A DNA stretch of 24,000 nucleotides from an uncultured Peptoniphilaceae bacterium. Its GTDB lineage: Bacteria; Bacillota; Clostridia; Tissierellales; Peptoniphilaceae. A program made the position numbers and the translations under genes. Below are positions 11,395-17,984 of the stretch, one piece after another; positions within the stretch are counted from its first letter, which is position 1, and every line of letters starts with the position of its first letter. Below the pieces are notes generated by a model. It searched no databases. It was not told the origin of the DNA and saw nothing but the letters and a program-made list of their open reading frames with translations. The DNA lies in NCBI GenBank assembly GCA_964394795.1, contig CAYMYX010000001.1:49620-73619 (forward strand). Reading direction: 5' to 3'.

Positions 11395-11641
11395 TAATTT
11401 CTTTCCTCCTTGTGGTTTCGCACTTACTGTGCTCTATCGTCCGATACACGTAGCCGGGTGTGCCCACCCCAGCCCTTAAAAAATGAAATACCGGATCGGT
11501 AGTCGTTCGAATGAAATCGAACTGCTCTGCAAGAATTCCCTTGGCTTATGCCTTCCCTCTAGTACGTCGCAATTGCAACGCCTTTAGAAGTCCTTCAGCA
11601 TCCAAGCAACCTCTTACTTCACCGCTTGTATTTCAGGACAC
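11395..11641 (-). promoter_or_regulatory. long 5' leader of the S10 ribosomal protein operon
   Basis: About 250 nt lie between the predicted promoter and the rpsJ RBS. Read on the minus strand, several hairpins are visible: TTCAGG-tgt-CCTGAA at the 5' end, CGTTGC-aatt-GCGACG, GTTCGA-tttcat-TCGAAC, TACCG-atc-CGGTA followed by UUUCAUUUUUU (plus-strand 11478..11501), and GGGTG-ggca-CACCC. Confidence 0.5.
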
Positions 11642-11647
11642 CTGAAT

Positions 11648-11676
11648 ATAATACATGAAACCAATAATGAATGCAA
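11648..11676 (-). promoter_or_regulatory. sigma-A type promoter for the S10 operon
   Basis: The minus strand reads TTGCAT (11676..11671), a 17-nt spacer, then TATTAT (11653..11648). An A/T-rich tract lies upstream. Confidence 0.55.
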
Positions 11677-11742
11677 GTTTTATTCTCTAATTTTTCCTTC
11701 TTTTTTATATATTCGTTTTATATGTCAATTTATGACTTCCAT

Positions 11743-11751
11743 TGATATAAT
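11743..11751 (+). promoter_or_regulatory. extended -10 promoter element for fbp
   Basis: TGaTATAAT at 11743..11751, about 55 nt upstream of the fbp start. No good -35 element. Divergent from the S10 promoter. Confidence 0.45.
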
Positions 11752-11805
11752 TGAAGTAAGTTAACCACTAGTATGAATAAATTACTGCGAAAGGAGATTT
11801 CAAAC

Positions 11806-13749
11806 ATGCAAAATAAGCATTTAATGCTGATGCTAGCCGATGAATTCCCAAACAAGTTAGCAGCTAACGGTGAAATTCTTCGACTCGAGGCAAAAATGCA
11901 TCTTCCCAAAGGGACGGAATATTTTTTCAGTGATGTCCACGGCGAAGACCGCGCCTTCTTGCACTTAGTCCGATCCGCATCGGGCAACATCCGAAGAAAG
12001 ATCCGAGACGTCTATCGCACTCGCCTGTCTGAAACCAGACAGAACGAATTGGCAAGCATCATCTATGACCCCCGGAATGCCCTTAATAAAAGGAAGGCAT
12101 TTTTAGGCGACCCCAGATGGGTTCGCGAGACCATCCTCCAACTCGTCGAGGTAGCTCGCTTCATCGCCTCCAAATACCCTCGGGACGATATCCGAGCCAA
12201 GATCCCCCAGCGCTACAGCGAGATTATCGAGGAACTTTTCTTCACCAACGATGGTGAAATTGATCGCCACGCCTACTACCTAGCTATGATCGATTCCATC
12301 ATCGGTGAAGACGGCCAATTCGACTTCATCGTCGAGCTCTGCCATTCCATCCAAAAGATATGCGTCAATCACATCCACCTCGTCGGCGACATCTACGACC
12401 GCGGGCCTGGCCCTCACAACATCATGGAAGAGCTCATCGACTTCGACCAAGTCGATATCCAATGGGGTAACCACGACATCGTCTGGATGGGTGCGGCGTT
12501 GGGGAATGAGGCTTGTATGGCCTCCGTTCTTCGTAATGCTATCCGCTACAATGGCTTCGACTCCCTGGAAGATGGCTACAGCATACATATCCGCATCCTC
12601 AACGATTTCGCGGAAGTGGTTTATGGCGATGACCCTTGTGAGCTGTTCAAGTCTAAGCGCTTCGACGAAAACATCTACGATATCGTCGACGACGATCAAG
12701 CCGCCCGCATGCACAAAGCGGTGGCCATCCTCGAGTTCAAACTCGAAGGCCAACTCCTCAAGCGTCACCCCGAATATGATATGGACGACCGTATCGTCCT
12801 CGAAAAGATCGACTACGAGAAGGGTGTCTTCATCCACGAAGGAATCGAGTATCCCCTGAAGGATACCAACTTCCCCACTATCGATCCCGAGGATCCCCTT
12901 GAGCTGAGCCCCCAAGAGAAGGACTTGATGAGGTCCATCATCGCCTCCTTCACCCACTCCGAGCCCCTCAAGCGCCACATGCAGTTCATGTACTCCAACG
13001 GGTCTACCTACCTCACCTACAACGACAACCTCCTCTATCACGGCTGCATCCCCATGAAGGAAGATGGCAGCTACGATGAAATTACGATTGATGGCCGTAC
13101 CTACGGAGGCAAAAGCCTAATGGACTATATTGACTATATGGTCACCCAGGCCTATTACGCCCCCAAAGGCAGCAAGCAAAAGAACGACGCTGTCGACTTT
13201 ATGTGGTACCTCTGGTGTGGCAAGAAGAGTCCCCTCTTCGGTAAGAGTAAGATGGCCACCTTTGAGCGCTACTTCCTCGACGAGAAGGCTCTCCACAAAG
13301 AAGACTACAACCCCTACTTCGTCCTTTCCGATGAAGAGGAAGTCTGCCTTCGAATCCTCAAGGATTTCGGGCTGACCTCGAAGCACTCCCATATCATCAA
13401 TGGCCATGTTCCCGTCAAAGCCTCCTCCGGCGAAAAGCCCATGAAGGGCAACGGCCGCCTCTTCGTCATCGATGGCGGAATTGCCAAGTCCTACCACAAG
13501 AAGACCGGCATCAATGGCTACACCCTGATTTTTAACTCTCACCATATCGCCTTGGCTGAGCATGACGACTACGATGCTCTCCAAAACGAAATCGAAACCT
13601 ACTCACCCAATGTCACCACCGTCGACCGTATGGATAGTCGGATGCTGATCGGCGACACCGATGAAGGTAAGATGTATCGGGAGCGGATTGGCTTTTTGAA
13701 GGGATTGATGAGGGCGTATACGAGGGGGGAGATCAAAGAACGCTACTAG
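11806..13749 (+). CDS. fbp: fructose-1,6-bisphosphatase, class 3 (Firmicute type)
   Basis: About 647 aa from ATG 11806, with AAGGAG at 11791..11796. The track's 11773 start adds 11 residues without an RBS. Family hallmarks are LPKGTEYFFSDVHGE, HLVGDIYDRGP, WGNHD and INGHVPV, and the length fits. Confidence 0.92.
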   Translation: MQNKHLMLMLADEFPNKLAANGEILRLEAKMHLPKGTEYFFSDVHGEDRAFLHLVRSASGNIRRKIRDVYRTRLSETRQNELASIIYDPRNALNKRKAFLGDPRWVRETILQLVEVARFIASKYPRDDIRAKIPQRYSEIIEELFFTNDGEIDRHAYYLAMIDSIIGEDGQFDFIVELCHSIQKICVNHIHLVGDIYDRGPGPHNIMEELIDFDQVDIQWGNHDIVWMGAALGNEACMASVLRNAIRYNGFDSLEDGYSIHIRILNDFAEVVYGDDPCELFKSKRFDENIYDIVDDDQAARMHKAVAILEFKLEGQLLKRHPEYDMDDRIVLEKIDYEKGVFIHEGIEYPLKDTNFPTIDPEDPLELSPQEKDLMRSIIASFTHSEPLKRHMQFMYSNGSTYLTYNDNLLYHGCIPMKEDGSYDEITIDGRTYGGKSLMDYIDYMVTQAYYAPKGSKQKNDAVDFMWYLWCGKKSPLFGKSKMATFERYFLDEKALHKEDYNPYFVLSDEEEVCLRILKDFGLTSKHSHIINGHVPVKASSGEKPMKGNGRLFVIDGGIAKSYHKKTGINGYTLIFNSHHIALAEHDDYDALQNEIETYSPNVTTVDRMDSRMLIGDTDEGKMYRERIGFLKGLMRAYTRGEIKERY

Positions 13750-13750
13750 A

Positions 13751-13818
13751 AGAAAACCTCTCACTCTCTAAGTCCTCAGCGCTTCGCGCTTGCGGATACC
13801 GTTCGTGAGAGGTTTTCT
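13751..13818 (+). terminator. long hairpin right after fbp (probable intrinsic terminator); copy A of a repeated hairpin element
   Basis: The perfect 14-bp arms AGAAAACCTCTCAC / GTGAGAGGTTTTCT enclose 40 nt containing an inner hairpin AGCGC-ttc-GCGCT. The 3' arm ends in the T-rich TTTTCT, which continues as TAT. A related copy lies at 17897..17945 in the opposite orientation. Confidence 0.6.
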
Positions 13819-14027
13819 TATGCACGGGGGTTTGAGTCGAAAATGGTTTAAATAATTGAACTATTTAGGTTGGAGGGCACTTGGTATACGGTTCTTCGAG
13901 TATGAACGGGCCGTGAGAAACAATGGTTCACTAGGTCATTCGCAAAGAATATCCAAGAAACTAAACGAAATTATTTTATATTGAAGATTGCGAAGCGATC
14001 ACTACTTAAATTAATGAAGGATACTAT

Positions 14028-14552
14028 ATGAATAGTAACGGGATGATTAAAACTTTAAGTAAAGAAGAAATTGGCATATTCTCAGAAGAAATTTCATTTA
14101 TATATAAAGAAGCTATGCACACATCTGATGAAGCTGCTAACATGTTAATCCAACGAATCAATAAATCTCAAGCATTAGTTATTAGCTTTTTTAATGAAGA
14201 GAAGATGGTGGGCTTTCTATACGGATTTGAGTTTACGAGATCAAATTGGTGGGCAAAACAAATTGATAGTAAACTCCCCCATAATTATAATTTCTATCAT
14301 AATAGTTTTGAACTTAATGAATTAATGGTTCTCCCTTCCGAGCAAGGTAAGGGCATAGGCAAAAAGCTGATGAACAGATTACATGAAAAGACTGATTATA
14401 ATAATTACATGCTAAGCACTCAAAAAGATAATTATCATGCGCTAAAACTATACAAGAATCTAGGCTATGAGATTATAATCGATGACTTTTATTTCGAAGG
14501 CGGTAACAAGCCTTTTGTAGTAATGGCGAAGATACGAGAGAACATAAGGTAA
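14028..14552 (+). CDS. GNAT family N-acetyltransferase
   Basis: 174 aa with the acetyl-CoA binding motif LMVLPSEQGKGIGKKLM. GAAGGA RBS. The gene is visibly much more A/T-rich than both neighbours. Confidence 0.8.
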   Translation: MNSNGMIKTLSKEEIGIFSEEISFIYKEAMHTSDEAANMLIQRINKSQALVISFFNEEKMVGFLYGFEFTRSNWWAKQIDSKLPHNYNFYHNSFELNELMVLPSEQGKGIGKKLMNRLHEKTDYNNYMLSTQKDNYHALKLYKNLGYEIIIDDFYFEGGNKPFVVMAKIRENIR

Positions 14553-14594
14553 ATAGCTTTACAGTTTAGGTGATATACAGGCTATGGTTTTTCG

Positions 14595-15269
14595 TTAATG
14601 TTTGCGTTCTCCTTGACTTCCATTGATATGAAACCGCGGCAAGCTAAGCTTGTACTTAGCGGAGATGTAACGGATGAGGACGATCAGGCCTGCAGAAGCG
14701 ATCAAAGCAATGTTGTGGTCGATTCTTGCGTAGAGGAAGAAATAGACGGTAGCTCCAATCATCGATGCCAATCCGTAGATGTGCTTGGTGAAGATATATG
14801 GCTTTGTTTGGGTGAAGACGTCACGCAAGACGCCTCCGCCGACGCCGGTGAGCATGCCGACAAAGATGGTGAGGATGAGGTTGTCTCCATGGCCCGCTTG
14901 GATAGCGACGTTAACACCTATTACGGTGAATGCACCTAAACCGATTGCGTCGGATATGTTGATGGCTTTGAGTAGTAGCTTGGTGTTGATATACTTTGCC
15001 AACCCGAATTGTTTTCGCCAAAGAAGAAGACCGGCTAGGAAGACAAAGGTCGTGATTAAGGAGACGGTGATATAGGTTGGATTCGTAAACGCGTTTGGCG
15101 GTACGATGTCGAGTGTGACATCTCGAATGATTCCACCGCCAACTGCGACGGTCAACCCCAAGATCAAAATTCCTAATAGGTCCATGTCGCTGTCGATGGC
15201 GGCTATGGCCCCCGAAATGGTAAAAGCGATGGTTCCGAGGATCTCTAATACTAAAATTGTTGTTTCCAT
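14595..15269 (-). CDS. UPF0126 / TRIC-type (YadS/YicG-like) integral membrane protein
   Basis: 224 aa, about 7 TM segments, with duplicated glycine motifs GGGIIRDV and GGGVLRDV characteristic of the two UPF0126 repeats. Confidence 0.8.
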   Translation of the reverse strand: METTILVLEILGTIAFTISGAIAAIDSDMDLLGILILGLTVAVGGGIIRDVTLDIVPPNAFTNPTYITVSLITTFVFLAGLLLWRKQFGLAKYINTKLLLKAINISDAIGLGAFTVIGVNVAIQAGHGDNLILTIFVGMLTGVGGGVLRDVFTQTKPYIFTKHIYGLASMIGATVYFFLYARIDHNIALIASAGLIVLIRYISAKYKLSLPRFHINGSQGERKH

Positions 15270-15330
15270 ATTCCCTCCACTAATTCTCTAAAATACAGTA
15301 TAGAACTATCATTCCAGCGAATCAAGGTAG

Positions 15331-15339
15331 TGTTATAAT
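15331..15339 (+). promoter_or_regulatory. extended -10 promoter element for the M20 amidohydrolase gene
   Basis: TGtTATAAT at 15331..15339, about 25 nt upstream of the GAAGGAG RBS. Confidence 0.45.
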
Positions 15340-15363
15340 ATACTACATTAGAAGGAGTATATT

Positions 15364-16545
15364 ATGTTAAAAGAACAACTTTTTGAACTACTAGAAGCAA
15401 AATCTTCAGCTATGGCCGCTGATCGACATTGGCTCCACCAACATCCGGAACTTTCCTATGAGGAAAAAGGAACGGCCGAGTATATTGCAAATCACTACGA
15501 GGGAAAGGATGTCCAAGTAGATACGAACTTCGGTGGTTACGGTATTCGAGTGACTATTGACTCTGGAAAACCCGGTAGGACGCTCGGGATCCGTGCGGAC
15601 TTTGATGCACTGCCTATCACGGAGGAGACAGGTCTCCCCTTCGCATCGGAGAATCCAGGCGTAATGCATGCTTGTGGCCACGATGCTCATACGGCCTACA
15701 TGATGAGCCTAGCGGATTCGCTAATCGAGCTAAAAGATAAACTAACGGGAAAGATTGTCATCATCCACCAACCTGCTGAGGAGATGCCTCCCGGCGGTTC
15801 TACTTATATGATCAAAGCAGGCGTGCTGGACGGCGTGGACAACGTGCTGGGCTGCCACGTCATGAGCCAAATGGATTACGGAATACTATATTACCATGTC
15901 GGCGCGACACAACAAGCACGTGCGAAATTCACCATTCGAGTGCAAGGAAAAGGGGGCCATGGCTCTTCCCCCCACGAAGCAAACGACGCCATTGTTATCG
16001 CGAGCCAGCTTGTCGTCAATCTCCAAACCATCATCAGCCGTCGGCTTAACCCATTTGATCCAGGTGTCATCACGATTGGATCTTTCGATGGAAAGGGACA
16101 GTTCAACATCATCAAGGACTCCGTCGAGCTTGTGGGCGATGTGCGCTGCATGTCCGACCATACAAAACAGCTAATCGAAGCGGAAGTAACCAAGATGTGC
16201 CAAGGCTTCGCCGTTGCCTATGGATGCCAGATCGACCTCGACTACAAAAATGACTACCCCGTCCTCGTGAACGATAAAGAGACGACGGAAATGTGTGTCC
16301 GAGCTTTCCAGAAAGCGGATATCGAAGGCATTACGGATATTATCGACTGTGGTCCGCTACCCCCTTCCGAAGACTTTGCCTACTATACACAGGAACGCCC
16401 CTCCTGCTTTTTCTACGTCGGTGCTAAGCCAGATGGAGAAGCATTCCCCCACCATCACCCCAAGTTTGACATCAATGAAGGTGCGATGATATTGGCAGCA
16501 AAGGCGATGGGAAGCGCTGTGCTTGAGTACTTTGGATTACTGTAG
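15364..16545 (+). CDS. M20 family metallopeptidase / amidohydrolase (N-acyl-L-amino acid amidohydrolase-like, M20D)
   Basis: 393 aa. Contains MHACGHDAHT and HQPAEE metal-binding motifs, plus GKGGHGSSPH. Confidence 0.88.
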   Translation: MLKEQLFELLEAKSSAMAADRHWLHQHPELSYEEKGTAEYIANHYEGKDVQVDTNFGGYGIRVTIDSGKPGRTLGIRADFDALPITEETGLPFASENPGVMHACGHDAHTAYMMSLADSLIELKDKLTGKIVIIHQPAEEMPPGGSTYMIKAGVLDGVDNVLGCHVMSQMDYGILYYHVGATQQARAKFTIRVQGKGGHGSSPHEANDAIVIASQLVVNLQTIISRRLNPFDPGVITIGSFDGKGQFNIIKDSVELVGDVRCMSDHTKQLIEAEVTKMCQGFAVAYGCQIDLDYKNDYPVLVNDKETTEMCVRAFQKADIEGITDIIDCGPLPPSEDFAYYTQERPSCFFYVGAKPDGEAFPHHHPKFDINEGAMILAAKAMGSAVLEYFGLL

Positions 16546-16595
16546 TGAGCCTATTTCGCAGCTAGTACAATGTATCCTGATTTGCAAATCATAAC

Positions 16596-16645
16596 GGCTG
16601 CATCAGAATGAGTTAGAATTCTGACACAGCCCTCTTTTCGTTTAT
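16596..16645 (+). terminator. intrinsic terminator, probably bidirectional, between the convergent M20 and methyltransferase genes
   Basis: GGCTG-ca-TCAGAAT [gagttaga] ATTCTGA-ca-CAGCC followed by CTCTTTTCGTTTATT. Confidence 0.65.
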
Positions 16646-16685
16646 TCAATAGTTTTTACGGTGATTTATGTCGCTACATCGCCAT

Positions 16686-17159
16686 CTATTTCTCCGCTTT
16701 CAGCGTGCTCGTCGCACCCCACTGTCTCAAACGTTCGACAGTTGAAAAGCCCGCAGCTTCTAAACATTCAATCTCATGCTCAACGGTGAGTGGCGTGTCA
16801 TGATGATGCAAGGATTCAACGGAGACGGCGGCGTTGAAGGTGGCATGGCCCAAGGGGACATCAAAATAGGAACCCAAAATGAGATTGATGTTCTTGTCAC
16901 TGAACTTTTCTTGCAAGCGGTTCAACATTCCGGGGGCCATATCAATCCCAGTCACATGCGCTGACGGATTGATTTTAAAATACTCTTCGAGTTCCAAGCC
17001 GGTACCGCACCCGAGATCCAATATTTTACTGTTTGGAACTGTGGGAAGGCACTCTGCCGTAAACGCCAAAAACTCCCGGGCATTGGCTATGTTATTTAAT
17101 TGATGGTCGTCATATATTTCGAGTCGGCTATCGAAGAACTCGTCCATTCTCTCTAACAT
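16686..17159 (-). CDS. class I SAM-dependent methyltransferase, apparently shortened by an in-frame internal deletion
   Basis: 157 aa. Motif I ILDLGCGTGLE, post-I VTGIDMAPGML and motif II FNAAVSVESLHH are present. The sequence then jumps directly to HDTPLTVEHEIECLEAAGF... (C-terminal strands), so the motif III/beta5 region is missing. Confidence 0.6.
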   Translation of the reverse strand: MLERMDEFFDSRLEIYDDHQLNNIANAREFLAFTAECLPTVPNSKILDLGCGTGLELEEYFKINPSAHVTGIDMAPGMLNRLQEKFSDKNINLILGSYFDVPLGHATFNAAVSVESLHHHDTPLTVEHEIECLEAAGFSTVERLRQWGATSTLKAEK

Positions 17160-17260
17160 GTTATCTCCTGAAGGTTTTATTTAAGTGTTAATCGTATTAT
17201 ATAATGTAAGCGTATCATCTTATTTATTTTAGCTGGGAAATTATTGATCTAATACACAAA

Positions 17261-17284
17261 AAGTTGGAAGTACACTTCCAACTT
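17261..17284. promoter_or_regulatory. palindromic operator-like site, copy 1
   Basis: AAGTTGGAAGT-ac-ACTTCCAACTT has perfect 11-bp arms. The core TTGGAAGTACACTTCCAA is identical to copy 2. Confidence 0.55.
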
Positions 17285-17302
17285 TCCCAAGATTTGACCA
17301 AC

Positions 17303-17322
17303 ATTGGAAGTACACTTCCAAT
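17303..17322. promoter_or_regulatory. palindromic operator-like site, copy 2, overlapping a possible promoter
   Basis: ATTGGAAGT-ac-ACTTCCAAT has perfect 9-bp arms. Its centre lies exactly 40 bp from the centre of copy 1. TTGACC (17294..17299), 17 nt, then TCCAAT (17317..17322) would place a weak promoter under this site. Confidence 0.5.
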
Positions 17323-17358
17323 TACACATTGAAAGACTAACGAAAAAGGATGGTAATT

Positions 17359-17856
17359 ATGGTTAAACACTTAAAAGTTGACATCTTCCCTATCTCCAAG
17401 GAAAACATCCCGAGCGACTTGACGGAAAGAGGAATCAAAACGAATGACTTTTTCATCCAGTATTTGGGCCATGCCAAATACGAATCAGTTTTTAACACGT
17501 CACAAGTCGAAGTCATAATCACCAACCTAGAAGAAATGGGGTTCACCAAGCCCGTTACCCATAATGAAATAAAAACTAAGGCGTTAGATCTCGGTTACAA
17601 GGTAGCTCCACCCCACCTAGCCTTTTATCTAAGACTAGCTATGTTGGATCAGCCTCCAAGCGCCAATATAATCCTGAGCAAACAAGCCTTTCCCGACAGC
17701 GCGATTCAAGTCTTCGTCGACAAGATAGAACCCGATGATGATTTCCCCCGAAGCATATATCTTAGGAATGTCGATGGAGCCCTTTGGCTTCGAGCTGCGA
17801 GGTATACCGATGATTATTTGTTTAGTCTGAATTCTTCGTTTGCATTTGTTCTTTGA
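17359..17856 (+). CDS. hypothetical protein (about 165 aa), no family recognised
   Basis: ORF on the track at 17350..17856. I prefer ATG 17359, which has AAAAAGGA 8 nt upstream. It has no TM segments and no motif I recognise. Confidence 0.55.
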   Translation: MVKHLKVDIFPISKENIPSDLTERGIKTNDFFIQYLGHAKYESVFNTSQVEVIITNLEEMGFTKPVTHNEIKTKALDLGYKVAPPHLAFYLRLAMLDQPPSANIILSKQAFPDSAIQVFVDKIEPDDDFPRSIYLRNVDGALWLRAARYTDDYLFSLNSSFAFVL

Positions 17857-17896
17857 ATCGACTTATTACACCAAGCAATCTACTATCAAATAATAT

Positions 17897-17945
17897 CCCA
17901 CGAACGAAATCCGCAGACGTGCAGCGTCGAGGACTTAGTGAGGAA
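17897..17945 (-). repeat. copy B of the hairpin repeat found after fbp, inverted orientation
   Basis: The reverse complement CTCAC-TAAGTCCTC-ga-CGCT-gcacgtc-TGCGGAT-tt-CGTTCGTG aligns collinearly with 13759..13808. Exact blocks are 9, 4, 7 and 8 nt, about 75% identity over about 48 nt with one 4-nt indel. Confidence 0.6.
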
Positions 17946-17949
17946 CAAA

Positions 17950-17978
17950 TAGACTTTTAAATGGAATAATGTTATAAT
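17950..17978 (+). promoter_or_regulatory. sigma-A type promoter with extended -10
   Basis: TAGACT (17950..17955), a 17-nt spacer, then TGt-TATAAT (17970..17978). Confidence 0.55.
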
Positions 17979-17984
17979 ATCTCA

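Noticed and set aside
11730-11990. An 86-aa minus-strand ORF spanning the fbp start and promoter region.
   Set aside because: It overlaps the fbp 5' end in antisense and runs through the divergent promoter region. It has no RBS, and its product is Ser/Leu/Phe-rich and featureless.
12280-13041. A 253-aa ORF, with companions at 13117..13584 (minus strand) and 12305..12859 / 13130..13375 (plus strand, off-frame), overlapping fbp.
   Set aside because: They lie entirely inside the well-supported fbp CDS. Their products are low-complexity (V/D/E/G-rich or S/T-rich) and have no RBS. Open antisense or shifted frames are the expected by-product of fbp's C-ending codon bias.
14553-14594. A possible bidirectional terminator between the GNAT and UPF0126 genes: ATAGC, 23 nt, GCTAT, then GGTTTTTCG.
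   Set aside because: The stem is only 5 bp with a 23-nt loop, which is too weak to call from sequence alone.
13751-17945. The inverted hairpin repeats read as terminal inverted repeats of a transposon or an invertible element.
   Set aside because: No transposase, integrase or invertase gene lies inside or beside the segment, and I saw no target-site duplication. Copy A is adequately explained as the fbp terminator. I kept this only as a repeat-family observation.
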